Positions 17,743 to 27,317 are shown, numbered from the stretch's first letter. The stretch: 64,000 nucleotides of DNA from an uncultured Acidimicrobiaceae bacterium (GCA_963794125.1 CAWCCW010000009.1:1238007-1302006), one strand, 5' to 3'. Program-made: numbers and translations. The notes: generated by a model from the letters alone, not told the origin.

Positions 17743-20235
17743 ATGCAAGTGAGAAATCCCTTGGCCCGTATACGCATGTTCACGCGAACACGGGCGAAAG
17801 TGGCGGCCACCGGCCTGGCCGTGACCACGGCGGCACTTGGCGGAGGGCTAGTGGCCACCGCCTTGCCCGCCTACGCAGACGTCACCACCAACGCTTATGC
17901 GGTCGGGGCGCCGTCCGGGGCGGTTAGCGGGGTATCGGCGGCGCCGAGCTCGGTGGGAGTGGGAGCCCTGACGAATTTTGCTGTCACCTTTGACCTGCCC
18001 GCCGCGCTTTCGGGCCTAAGCGACGATTCGATCACGGTTACGCCTTCGACCGCCCTGGCTTCGACGCCGACCAACGTCGACGTCGTTGGTGGCTCCTGCA
18101 TCCAGGGCGGCACGGCGGGAGGGGGAGGGGCGGGAAGCGCGGCCGCCACTGGCGTGACCATTGAGTTGTCGAGCCATTGCAGCTTGAGCGCCGGCCAGAA
18201 GGTCGAGGTGGACTTTACCGCCGACGCCCCGTCGAGCACTGGCACGATGCATTTCGACGTCTCGACGTCGAAGAACGCCACCCCCGCCTCGTCGAGTGCC
18301 GTCACCATTGCTACCACCGGGCCTCAGTTGTCCGCCGGTTCTGTGGAGTTCGGGGCCAATACGGCCTACACCATCACGGATGTCCCCGTGGCCAGCGTGA
18401 GCGCCGACCAGACCACGCTGAAGCTCACGGTCGGGGTTACCACCGGTACCGAGGCGATCAGTTTCTACGGTGGCGCAGCGGGCTACACGGTCACCTACAC
18501 GCCCTCCGCCGGCACGGCCACGGCGGACGCCGTGACCAACGTGGCCTTGAGCTCTTCCAACCACGTAGCCACGTTGACGCTGGCCACCGCGGTGGCCAAC
18601 GGCGGGATCCTCAATATCACCGCTAAAGGGACCAACCCGCCGGCCAACGGAGGTGGCCAGGCCAACGAAATTACGGTGGCGCCCGGCAACGGGACATCGG
18701 AAAGCTCTAACTCGATCATGTTCGGCCAATCGGTAACCGGCGTAAGCGTTTCGCCGTCCAGCCGCGTCGCCGGTACCTCGTCCAATTATTTCGTCAGCTT
18801 CAAGGCCTCGGACGCCATCCCCGCCGGCGGGGACATCTACCTTTCGGAGCCGGCGGGCCAGACCGGCTTCACCGCCGTAACGGGGATCGAGGTAACCAAC
18901 GCCACTCAGAACTGGCATATCGTCGTCACTGGCGCCGCTCTGGCCAACGGTTCGGCCACGATCCCTGTGTCGCACGCGGTTAATAGCGGCGACTCATTGA
19001 CGGTGTTCGTGGTCGGCGTGACCAACCCCGCGCCCGGCACGGTCAACGATTTCTCCGTCGCCACCTCATCGGACGGTGTGGCGGTGGACGCTCCGCCGTA
19101 CACGATCGGCGCCAGCGCCGGCGTAAACGTGAGCCTCAGCCCCAGCTCGGCCGGCGCGCTGGCCAGCTACGTCATATCGGACCTGTATGCCAGTGCGCCC
19201 ATGACGGCTGGTTCGAGTGCGATCAGTCTCGCCGCCCCCACCGGGACCACGTTCCCGAGCAACCCGGCCGAGTACTCCGTCCAGGACGCCACCACTCCTT
19301 CTGGTTCCGGGACGGTCTCGGCCGCGCCCACCGGCGGTGGGACCAATAACATAACGTTCAAGGTCCCTGGCAACATCAGCACCGGCGACCGGCTGACTAT
19401 CACCATCCTGGACGTGATCAACCCGGGCACTGCGTCGGGCACGTACACCATCGGGTTGACGGGCAATGTGAACGGCCCGTCGACGGCGGCGGCCCCGTTC
19501 CCGCACGCCCCTGACACGTACCCCAACGGGGCCATAATCAAATTCTCCGGCAAAGACTATGTCCTGGCCGGTGGGCACGCTTTTGAGGTCACCTCGTCGA
19601 AGATCATGACGGCGGTGCAGAAAGTCGACCATGCCACTGTGGTCACGGCCGCAGGCGGCGCCAAGCCACCCAGCGGCACGCCTCGGGCGGGGACGTTGCT
19701 GTTCACTCGCCCCGTCAATGGGGCGGCAACTATCTATGTGGTTGGCACCGATGGGGAGCTGCACGGTTTCGTCAGCCCGAAACAGTTCAAGAACGGCGGC
19801 TACGACCCCGCCCTGGTCGTCACTGTGCCGAGCCTTAGCGGAGTGAAAGTGGGCAAGAGCGCGGGGGCAGTGGGCACGGCTGGCACGGCCTTCGGCTCCA
19901 GTTCAGACGGCGCCATAATCGATTCGTCAGGGACATATTTCGTGTTCGCCGCCGGCCGGGCTTTTCTCGTACCGAGCTCGGCAGAGCTCTCTAGTTTGCG
20001 AAAGGTCGATAAAGCACAGGTGCTCGCGGGCAAAGTCACAACCGCCCAGGAAGACGCCGGCATCGCTAGTGGCGTCGAGCTGAGCGCACCCGGACGGGTG
20101 TACGTGACGTACCAGGGCAAGCTGTACCCGTTCAAATCGATCGGGCAGCTCCACACGGACGGCTACGGCGGTACCGCTGCAGTGCAGGTCCCCGGCACGG
20201 CCGGCCTTCCGGTCACCACTTACTCGGGGTCCTAA
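17743..20235 (+). CDS. secreted repetitive cell-surface protein (four Ig-like modules plus duplicated C-terminal module)
   Basis: 830 aa; RBS aaggag; signal peptide ending ALPAYA-DV. It is Ser/Thr/Ala/Gly-rich with about 120-aa modules. The C-terminal pair GAIIKFSGKDYVLAGGHAFEV... and GAIIDSSGTYFVFAAGRAFLV... is a duplication. Confidence 0.7.
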   Translation: MQVRNPLARIRMFTRTRAKVAATGLAVTTAALGGGLVATALPAYADVTTNAYAVGAPSGAVSGVSAAPSSVGVGALTNFAVTFDLPAALSGLSDDSITVTPSTALASTPTNVDVVGGSCIQGGTAGGGGAGSAAATGVTIELSSHCSLSAGQKVEVDFTADAPSSTGTMHFDVSTSKNATPASSSAVTIATTGPQLSAGSVEFGANTAYTITDVPVASVSADQTTLKLTVGVTTGTEAISFYGGAAGYTVTYTPSAGTATADAVTNVALSSSNHVATLTLATAVANGGILNITAKGTNPPANGGGQANEITVAPGNGTSESSNSIMFGQSVTGVSVSPSSRVAGTSSNYFVSFKASDAIPAGGDIYLSEPAGQTGFTAVTGIEVTNATQNWHIVVTGAALANGSATIPVSHAVNSGDSLTVFVVGVTNPAPGTVNDFSVATSSDGVAVDAPPYTIGASAGVNVSLSPSSAGALASYVISDLYASAPMTAGSSAISLAAPTGTTFPSNPAEYSVQDATTPSGSGTVSAAPTGGGTNNITFKVPGNISTGDRLTITILDVINPGTASGTYTIGLTGNVNGPSTAAAPFPHAPDTYPNGAIIKFSGKDYVLAGGHAFEVTSSKIMTAVQKVDHATVVTAAGGAKPPSGTPRAGTLLFTRPVNGAATIYVVGTDGELHGFVSPKQFKNGGYDPALVVTVPSLSGVKVGKSAGAVGTAGTAFGSSSDGAIIDSSGTYFVFAAGRAFLVPSSAELSSLRKVDKAQVLAGKVTTAQEDAGIASGVELSAPGRVYVTYQGKLYPFKSIGQLHTDGYGGTAAVQVPGTAGLPVTTYSGS

Positions 20236-20261
20236 GGAAACCTGCGGATCGGGGAATTCCC

Positions 20262-20294
20262 CGGGCGGGAGCCGAATTCTTGGGCTCCCGCCCG
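20262..20294. terminator. bidirectional stem-loop between convergent genes
   Basis: Perfect 12-bp stem cgggcgggagcc / ggctcccgcccg with a loop of about 9 nt. It is preceded by the palindrome ggggaattcccc. Confidence 0.6.
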
Positions 20295-20345
20295 TGGCTT
20301 CGGTATTGCGCTGCGGGCTGGGCGGACCGGGCCAATGACGCCGCT

Positions 20346-21635
20346 CTAAACCAGGCCGCTCCCGAAATAGTCTGAACGGCCCTGCAAACCCGGGGGGCAG
20401 AAAAAGTAACCGCCACCTATCGGGCTTATGTAATCGACGAGAGGTTCGCCGATCAGGCGCGTTTGCACCGCCTCGAACTGGCGCTGGATGTCCTGCTGGT
20501 AGCAGGTAAAAATGAGGCCCTGGTTGAGGTTGCCGTTGACGTCGAGCCCGAGGTCGTAGTTATAGCCACGGCGCAAGATCCGGCTGTCAGCGCTCGCCGG
20601 TGTGCGCGGGTTGGCCAAGCGGATATGGGCGGTCAAGGGGACGATGTTGCCCGCCGGGTCAGCCGCATAGTCGGGAGGGGCAAACTCGCCGTCGGCGTCC
20701 AGCGGCGCCCCTGTGGCCCGCCGCCGTCCGATCATGTTCTCCTGTTCGTACAGCGAAACCCGGTCCCAGAACTCGACGAGCATGCGGATGACGCGGACAA
20801 CCTGGTACGTCCCGCCGGCGGTCCATGGCGGCTCCGGGGCGCCGGGCTGTACCCAGATGAGCTGGCCCATCTGGGCCGCATCCGACGTGTCCGGGTTGGC
20901 AATCCCGTCCTTGAACCCGAGCAGGTTGCGGGGCGTGCCCGACGGCCGGGGCGGGCTTTTGAAGCCGTCCATACGCCACCGCGGCTGCATCGCACCCCGG
21001 GTGTGCTTGGTGATGTCCCGCAAGGCGTGGACGACCGTGTCTGCGTCCCCGGCCACGATCTGGACGCTGAGGTCGCCCTGCGTCAGTGCCGGGTCCAGGT
21101 TGTCGTTCGGGAAGCTCTGCATCGTATAGAGGCGGGCCGGTTGCAGCGCCTTTAGACCGAAGCGGTCGTCGAAGAGGCTGGCGCCCATCCCGATGACGAA
21201 GCCGACGCTGCGCGACGGCACCACCGGGCCCAGGATGCCGTTATCGTCCGTCGGGGCGGCCGGCCCGTCGAACTGCGGCGTACCGCCGGAGTACAGGCTG
21301 CGCATGCGGGCCGTTATGGCCCGTAACAGGTCGCGGAATTCTGAGCGCGACCCGGCGATTACGTCGAACGCGACGACGGTGGTGGCCTGCGCCGGCTCGC
21401 TCAGGACCGCAAGCTGGTGCGGGCCTTCGAAGGACTGGAGCTGCGCTCGCTCGGCGGTGACCTTCGAGGCCCCGTCGGGGTAGGCGGGGCCGTCGCTGCC
21501 TCCCGTCCCGGAGCTGGCGGAGGCGGCGGCCCGGGAAAGGCCACCCAGGGCCCCGGTGGTGGCGGCCGCCGTACCCGTCAAGGCCCCAAGTTGGAGCAGT
21601 CTCCGACGGGAGATCTTCGGCTCGTCCTTGGTCAA
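20346..21635 (-). CDS. efeB: Dyp-type peroxidase / deferrochelatase EfeB (Tat-exported)
   Basis: 429 aa with a twin-arginine signal (SRRRLLQLGALTG) and a DyP-family body. Its TTG start overlaps the efeO stop (TTGA). Confidence 0.85.
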   Translation of the reverse strand: MTKDEPKISRRRLLQLGALTGTAAATTGALGGLSRAAASASSGTGGSDGPAYPDGASKVTAERAQLQSFEGPHQLAVLSEPAQATTVVAFDVIAGSRSEFRDLLRAITARMRSLYSGGTPQFDGPAAPTDDNGILGPVVPSRSVGFVIGMGASLFDDRFGLKALQPARLYTMQSFPNDNLDPALTQGDLSVQIVAGDADTVVHALRDITKHTRGAMQPRWRMDGFKSPPRPSGTPRNLLGFKDGIANPDTSDAAQMGQLIWVQPGAPEPPWTAGGTYQVVRVIRMLVEFWDRVSLYEQENMIGRRRATGAPLDADGEFAPPDYAADPAGNIVPLTAHIRLANPRTPASADSRILRRGYNYDLGLDVNGNLNQGLIFTCYQQDIQRQFEAVQTRLIGEPLVDYISPIGGGYFFCPPGLQGRSDYFGSGLV

Positions 21636-22854
21636 GATTGGTCCCCCGTGGCCGGCAGGATCGGGAGCTCGAGGAGGTCGGGGACGACAGAGAGCTGCTC
21701 GAGCAGGCCCCCGAGCTCACCGTCGAGGTCCTCGCGCTGAGCCCGGGTCAGCGACTGGAGCGGCGTCCAGGTCCCGTCGGGGTGCTCGAAGCCTTTGAAG
21801 GTGCCCGCCATGTTTTGCAGACCCTGGCGGAGCGACGCCACCAGGCCCGGTTCGCCCTGTTGAAGCAGCGGCGCAATGGCCGCCAGGGCCAGTTGCGTCC
21901 CCTGTACGTTCGCCCAGGCGGTGGCCAGGTTGGTGTTGCTACCCTCGTCGGTCTCGCCTGTCAGTTCGAACTGGAGCGTGTTCTCCAGGATCTCGTGGGC
22001 CCGCAGGGATAGGTCGTTGGCCGGCATCAGCATCTGGGGGAACTGTTTTATAAGCCCGTGGACGGCGTTGTCGAGGGCGGCGACCACCAGGACGAGCTTG
22101 CTGTCGGGCTGGCCGTGCCACAGCCCGTACTCGAGGCGCAGGAAACCCTGGAAGTTCGGGCTGTTGACGCCCCCCACCAGGCCCAGGGGGCGGCCATTGA
22201 TCTCGTCGTTGAAGTTCCCGAACGTGTCGTAGGCGGCGCCCAACCGGGAGTAATCGAGGTGAGCAGGCAACCACAACTGGCGGGCCCTGGCCAAGTCGTC
22301 TCCGTCCACCGCGGCCTTCAGGGCGTCGGTGGCCACGGCCAGGCGCCCCATCCATGCGGTGAGGGTGTTGCGGTAAGCGAGCGTCGCCAGCTGGATCTGG
22401 TCGGAAGTTACCTGGACGAAGGGGTGGGCCCCGTCACCGGGGGGCCGGTGACCCGTTCGACACGAGAGGTGAGTGTGGCCCCCGCAAACGACTCGCATTG
22501 GAAGGAATAGTCGCCCGGGGGCAGTACCGCGTCCATCTGGTCGTTCGTCCCGGGCGCCAGCATGTCGATGTCGCCGTAGACCAGCGCCTGGTTCGCGCCC
22601 ACGAGGTCGATTTCAAAGATCGTGCTCGAGGACGTGTTCTTGACGGTGAAGACGGTGAGGCCGGACCGGGGTGCGGCCCAGCCCGGGGCGCATTTCGTGG
22701 CTGAGACGACGACGGTGGCAGGGTCGTCACCGCCAGAACGGCCACCAATGGCCAGGTAGCCCGAAATGGCTAGCGCCACCGCCACCACTCCGAGCGCAGC
22801 GCCTCGCCAAGGCGTCAACACCGAACGCCGCCGGCGTCGGCGTCGCGGGCTCAT
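21632..22854 (-). CDS. efeO: EfeO-type iron uptake component (cupredoxin plus imelysin/M75 domains), frame-disrupted
   Basis: The cupredoxin domain is in ORF 22408..22890 and the M75 domain (..RAHEILEN..) is in ORF 21632..22498, in different frames. Adding one base to the G6 run at 22439-22444 gives ..RVERVTGPPGDGAHPFVQV... Confidence 0.8.
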
Positions 22855-23009
22855 GGTTTCCCTCTGCTCATGACGGTATTTGTAGCTCATGAGCCTGGCC
22901 CCTCGTGTTGCTCGTCAACTGGCCGTCGCTGTCGTGCATCTACTGGCCCGGTCACGCCGTGCCGTGCGACCAGCCCTGGCCGTTCGGAACGCACTTAATC
23001 ATTCGTAGC

Positions 23010-23042
23010 CCAGCAGCGGGCGGCCTCTCCACCCGCTGCTGG
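23010..23042 (-). terminator. stem-loop downstream of the phosphoesterase gene
   Basis: Perfect 11-bp stem ccagcagcggg / cccgctgctgg with an 11-nt loop, about 30 nt after the stop at 23070. Confidence 0.55.
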
Positions 23043-23069
23043 CTCAGCGGTTAGCTGCCGGAGGGCCGC

Positions 23070-25154
23070 CTACGACGTGTAGGTGTACTCCCCGGCGTAG
23101 TTGAGGGCCCTGGTCGTGCCCACCCGTACGGTGATCGGCACCTGCAGCCCGGCGCCGCCGTGAGGGGCGATGGCGGTGCAGGTCGTCGCCGGCGCGGAGA
23201 GCGTAGTCGACGCTGCGCAGCTGACACCGAGCGCCGGCCGATTACCGAAGAACACCTTGGTCACACCGGTCACCGTGGAGAAATTGATGCCGCTTATAGT
23301 GACGCTGGTCCCGGCCGGTCCCGAGTTGGGGGAGATCGTCCCCTCGACGGGGTAGCTGGGCTCACCGGTGGACGGGTCGAGGAACAACGGCGGCGCCAGC
23401 TGGGACCGGGTGGCGCTGAAGTTGAACAGGTCGTCGAGGGGATTGGAGACGTTGGCGAACGACCCGGGGATCTGGCCCAGGTCCCAGTTGTCCTCGATGA
23501 ACCCCACGACCGACGACTGGGTTGTCTCGACGGTGCTCACGTAGTTCTGTTTGGCCCAGGGCGAGATCACTATCAGCGGGAGCCGAGGCCCAAAACCGCA
23601 CCGACCCTCTTGGTTGTAGAGGGGGACGGTCGTTTGGCCGGAAGGAACGGTCCCGCACGCGTTCGGCCCCGTGAGGCTGTCAGCGGTGGTGTTCGACGGG
23701 TTGCTGACCCCGCTGTACACGTGGTCGTACCAGCCGTCCGAGTCGTCGTAAGTGACAAAGATGGCGGTGCTATCCCAGGTCGGCAGCTGCTCGATGGAGT
23801 TGACCTCGTTGACCAGCCAGTTCTGCTCGTCGATGGGGTCAGACGTGGCCGGGTGGCCGGTCTCGTACACCGGAGCCTTCAAGTAGCTGACAGCGGGGAA
23901 GTGGCTGGCCGACAACGTCCCGGCATGTATGGCCGAAACGAGCTGGTTGAACCACGAGACGTCGTAGTTGTGGTTCGCAGTATCGAACTCACCCGAGGTG
24001 GCGGTATCCGTGCCGACCACATTGAGCGAGGTCGGGGCCAGGTGGTGGGGGTTGGCCGTCGAGGCATAGAACATGAACCCGTCGTAGTGGGCCGAGTAGT
24101 CGCTATCGACCCCGTACGGGTGGGCGCCGGTGGTGCCCGTCCCGCCCACCGCCGCCCCCACGTTGTGTGCGGACGTGCAGGAGACCTTGTCGGGGTTGTT
24201 CAGCGGGTCGTAGTTGGTGGCCGTTGACACCGGCCCGCTGTACGGGGTCGTGGGCGCGAAGCCGCCCTGGAACCAGCCCCAGCTCAGGTCTTTGGAGTTG
24301 AGCTGGTTGCCGACGTTCTCGCCAGTGAGGGCGGCCGTCGTGCTGGGCGCACAGTCGTCCCAATAAGGCGAGGCATCACCGATCAGGGTGTAACCCCCGT
24401 TGGGCCCGGCCGAAACGGCGTCGCCGTCTGTCAATGTGCTGCCGCCGACGTGCTGCGGGTCGACGCCGCTCGTGTCGCCGGAAACCACGTTCAGGGCGCC
24501 CTCAGTCGAGGGGCCGAAAGTCGAACCGTAATTGTTGTCGCTCATGGCGAAATGCTGGGCGTAGTTCCACTCGGCCGTGACCGCGTTGCCGTCGTAGTAG
24601 TCCAGCACTGTCCCCGATGCGCAGTTCTGGCCCGTGGGGCTCGTGCCGCTCGCCGTCGCTGTCCCGTCCGTCGCCGTGAACTTGTTCATATTGCCGTCGT
24701 TGAACGCGTTCTGCTCGGGGGTGTAGTCATGGTTCTGGTCGCAGGTGAGGATGTCGTTCACGTTGGTGGGATCGAGCCGGGTCGGGTTCTGCCCATTGGG
24801 ATTGTCAGTCAGCAAGGTCCCGGCGTTGCACGTCAATACCGTCGCGCTGGCGCAGAGGCCGTTCACTGACGGCGTCCCTGGCGCCCCGTAGAACGGCTCA
24901 CCGCCTGTGTTAGTGGCGTACGGGTAAGTCCCGAAGTAGTGGTCGAAAGACACGTTCTCGTCGAAAATCACGACAACGTGCTTGATGGGTGTACTCGTGG
25001 GCGCATCGGCCGTTTTGGTGAAAACCAGGTTGGCGTGCTGTAGCTGGGCGTTGGCGACGCCGCTGGTGAGCGCCAGACCAGCACCGGTAGCGCCCAGCGC
25101 GATGAGGGCAACGCTGGCGCCGGTTGCCAATAACCGGCGAGGACCAAGCTTCAT
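23070..25154 (-). CDS. phosphoesterase family protein (phospholipase C / AcpA-like) with C-terminal IPT/TIG domain
   Basis: 694 aa with signal RRLLATGASVALIALGATGAG and the phosphoesterase signature HVVVIFDENVSFDHYFGTYP. The C-terminus, SPNSGPAGTSVTISGINF, is IPT/TIG-like. Confidence 0.8.
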   Translation of the reverse strand: MKLGPRRLLATGASVALIALGATGAGLALTSGVANAQLQHANLVFTKTADAPTSTPIKHVVVIFDENVSFDHYFGTYPYATNTGGEPFYGAPGTPSVNGLCASATVLTCNAGTLLTDNPNGQNPTRLDPTNVNDILTCDQNHDYTPEQNAFNDGNMNKFTATDGTATASGTSPTGQNCASGTVLDYYDGNAVTAEWNYAQHFAMSDNNYGSTFGPSTEGALNVVSGDTSGVDPQHVGGSTLTDGDAVSAGPNGGYTLIGDASPYWDDCAPSTTAALTGENVGNQLNSKDLSWGWFQGGFAPTTPYSGPVSTATNYDPLNNPDKVSCTSAHNVGAAVGGTGTTGAHPYGVDSDYSAHYDGFMFYASTANPHHLAPTSLNVVGTDTATSGEFDTANHNYDVSWFNQLVSAIHAGTLSASHFPAVSYLKAPVYETGHPATSDPIDEQNWLVNEVNSIEQLPTWDSTAIFVTYDDSDGWYDHVYSGVSNPSNTTADSLTGPNACGTVPSGQTTVPLYNQEGRCGFGPRLPLIVISPWAKQNYVSTVETTQSSVVGFIEDNWDLGQIPGSFANVSNPLDDLFNFSATRSQLAPPLFLDPSTGEPSYPVEGTISPNSGPAGTSVTISGINFSTVTGVTKVFFGNRPALGVSCAASTTLSAPATTCTAIAPHGGAGLQVPITVRVGTTRALNYAGEYTYTS

Positions 25155-25420
25155 CTCTCTCCCTTCGGTGGCGACTTCAGGACGGGTTCAAGGGTTGAGC
25201 CATTCAGCCTGCGCGCCGCTCGACGACCGGCGCCGCAGTCCGGGACAATACCTATCTCCCGTAAGTTGAACGCTCGGTTACCGGATGGTGTCATCCGGGC
25301 CAAAGCCGTCTGAACTTGTCCGGCTCCAGACGAGCCTGCCGCGGAGCGTGGGCGCGTGGTCTGATCTCAGTGACCGCGCGTCGCGGGCCGAAGTGGGAAG
25401 GGTGCGAAAAATTGAGGCAC

Positions 25421-25448
25421 CGCCGCCGCTTTTGGCGAAACGGCGGCG
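25421..25448 (-). terminator. stem-loop downstream of the GYD gene
   Basis: cgccgccg ... cggcggcg, an 8-bp stem. On the - strand a T5 run follows about 10 nt later. Confidence 0.5.
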
Positions 25449-25476
25449 CAGATCGCCAAGGCCCCCTGAGTTGCCC

Positions 25477-25803
25477 TTACCCCCCGGGCGGGAAATAAGA
25501 GAGGCTTTTCGCCTTGTCCAGGATGTCGTTCAGGGACGCAGGCGGGATCAACTCGTGGGTCTCGAGGTGCCCGAAGGCGCCGGTGGCGGAGACGGCGACG
25601 CTGACGGCGGCGGCGGAGATGGAATCTGGCACATCGCAAATGGCGATCCCGTCCCATTGCCCGAACATCCAGTAGTAGGCGTCGAGCGTCCCGCCCACGC
25701 CGGAAAGAAGGTTGCTCACCACTCGTTCGCGGTCGCTGGGCCGGTCGACCATACCCTTAACTGTCTCGCCCTTCAGGGTGAAGAGTATTACGTATTTCGG
25801 CAT
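25477..25803 (-). CDS. GYD domain-containing protein
   Basis: MPKYVILFTLKGETVKGMVDRPSDRE...YYWMFGQWDGIAICDVPD is typical of the GYD family. I prefer the ATG at 25803. Confidence 0.75.
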   Translation of the reverse strand: MPKYVILFTLKGETVKGMVDRPSDRERVVSNLLSGVGGTLDAYYWMFGQWDGIAICDVPDSISAAAVSVAVSATGAFGHLETHELIPPASLNDILDKAKSLSYFPPGG

Positions 25804-25899
25804 CGGGCGCTCCTTTGGACGCTGGTCCTCCGGTCCAAATCCTGGCACTCCTGTGCCAAATTCACCAGGGGTGAGGGAGCGACCACAGCTAGAAGGCGA

Positions 25900-25931
25900 A
25901 CGGCCCGCAGGGGGAGGCGCCTGCGGGCCGT
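25900..25931 (-). terminator. stem-loop downstream of the DJ-1/PfpI gene
   Basis: Perfect 12-bp stem acggcccgcagg / cctgcgggccgt with an 8-nt loop, about 50 nt after the stop at 25979. Confidence 0.6.
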
Positions 25932-25978
25932 TCCTGGTTTGCCCTTCGGCCCGTCCGCTTACACCGGGCCGATCAGCT

Positions 25979-26512
25979 TCAGACGCCAGCCGGCTGACGC
26001 GCCATCGATTCGATGATCGCCCGACAGAAAGCAGGCAGGTCCGCGGGAGTACGGGAGGTCACCAGATTGCGGTCGACCACCACTTCCTCGTCTGACCACG
26101 TGGCTCCCGCCGCCTCCATGTCGTCACGGATCGAGTAAAAAGAGGTGGCGTTGCGGCCGGGGAGGATCTTCGCCGACACGAGCACCGACCCGGCGTGGCA
26201 AATGGCTCCGACCGGCTTGCCCGCGCTGTCCATGTCGTGGACGAAGGCCACCAGGTCTTTGTCCAGGCGCATCTTGTCGGGGGCCTGCCCACCGGGGATG
26301 ATGACCGCATCGAAGTCGTCGACCTTGGCTCCGCTGGCCGGCAGGTCCGCTTTGACGGAGCGATCGTGGCTCGAGAACGTGTCGGCCCGGTTGGCGCCGA
26401 CCACCTTTACTTCGGCGCCCGCCTCCTTGAAGCGGTGATAGGGGTAGACGAACTCGTCGAGGTTGTAGCCGTCTTCGACGAGCAGGGCAACGCGCTTTCC
26501 TTCGAGTTTCAT
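25979..26512 (-). CDS. DJ-1/PfpI family protein (type 1 glutamine amidotransferase-like)
   Basis: 177 aa; KRVALLVEDGYNLDEFVYPYHRF, IIPGGQAPD and the nucleophile elbow GAICHAG. Confidence 0.9.
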   Translation of the reverse strand: MKLEGKRVALLVEDGYNLDEFVYPYHRFKEAGAEVKVVGANRADTFSSHDRSVKADLPASGAKVDDFDAVIIPGGQAPDKMRLDKDLVAFVHDMDSAGKPVGAICHAGSVLVSAKILPGRNATSFYSIRDDMEAAGATWSDEEVVVDRNLVTSRTPADLPAFCRAIIESMARQPAGV

Positions 26513-26622
26513 CTTCTGTCTCCTCCTGTGTCCCGGGTCCGCGGGCTCATGCTAACCACCGTCCGTTGTGGGCCGGGCGCCCCATGGCCCGGTTGGTTCG
26601 AGCCGATTGGCTACCGTGCCGT

Positions 26623-26641
26623 TTTCGTCACTGTGACGAAA
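26623..26641. promoter_or_regulatory. 19-bp perfect palindrome TTTCGTCAC-T-GTGACGAAA (copy a)
   Basis: Read directly. It lies in the divergent intergenic region between the DJ-1/PfpI start (26512) and the LprI start (26736). Confidence 0.6.
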
Positions 26642-26735
26642 TCGGCCCGCTGCCGTGGTGATGTGGGGGAGCGGAGGCGGCGCCGGTGGGAGCGCCTGCC
26701 CATAACTGCCCACGTGGTAGATGAGAAAATAAGAC

Positions 26736-27218
26736 ATGCTCAGGTGCAAACCAATTGTCGCCGGCGCCTTCGCCGCCTTCAGTGTCTTGTTGGCTGTCGG
26801 CATGGCGCCCCCTGCCGGTGCGGCGACCACTGCCGCTGGCCCGGTACTGCCGGCCATAACCGAACAGTTCCGGCCGCTGCTGCCATGCAACCCGGACACC
26901 ACCGTCGGCCAGGAGGGGTGCGGCGAGCGGCGCGTCGTGGCCGCCGACAAGCAACTCATGAGCGACGCCAAGCTGATCTTCCAACGGCTCCACAGCACCT
27001 CGGCCCGGCGGGACTTCGTCGTCGCCCAAACCACCTGGCTGGCTTACCGGAAGGCCGACTGCCAAAGCCAGTCCGACGCCTACCAGGGCGGTACCGAACA
27101 GCCGGTGGCCTACGTCTCCTGCCTGGCCTCCGCAGACCTCGCCCGGCGTCTCGACCTAAAAGGCTTCTACGCCGTGCTCACCCGGGGCCAGGGGCCCAAC
27201 GTTCCCACCTTTCCGTGA
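26736..27218 (+). CDS. lysozyme inhibitor LprI-like (DUF1311) secreted protein
   Basis: 160 aa with a signal peptide (AGAFAAFSVLLAVGMAPPAGA) and conserved Cys pairs, including AQTTWLAYRKADCQSQSD...YVSCL. Confidence 0.75.
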   Translation: MLRCKPIVAGAFAAFSVLLAVGMAPPAGAATTAAGPVLPAITEQFRPLLPCNPDTTVGQEGCGERRVVAADKQLMSDAKLIFQRLHSTSARRDFVVAQTTWLAYRKADCQSQSDAYQGGTEQPVAYVSCLASADLARRLDLKGFYAVLTRGQGPNVPTFP

Positions 27219-27298
27219 GCTGAGGCCGCGCGACGGCGTGAGAGCGCCAAGCAGCGCCAGTAACGCCCGCAGCGCCCGCAGGTAGGTATGCACCCGCT

Positions 27299-27317
27299 TT
27301 TCGTCACTGTGACGAAA
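27299..27317. promoter_or_regulatory. 19-bp perfect palindrome TTTCGTCAC-T-GTGACGAAA (copy b)
   Basis: Read directly, about 80 nt after the LprI stop and at the edge of a stretch of about 550 bp with no convincing CDS. Confidence 0.55.

Noticed and set aside
22855-23010. IdeR/Fur-type iron box upstream of efeO, and LexA or PafBC-type motifs in the proteasome locus
   Set aside because: No sequence resembling TTAGGTTAGGCTAACCTAA, a Fur 7-1-7 box or TCGAAC-N4-GTTCGA was found by eye in these promoter regions.
26195-27223. 342-aa ORF spanning the DJ-1/LprI region on the + strand
   Set aside because: It runs antisense through the well-supported DJ-1/PfpI gene and out of frame through LprI. Its composition is Arg-rich shadow.
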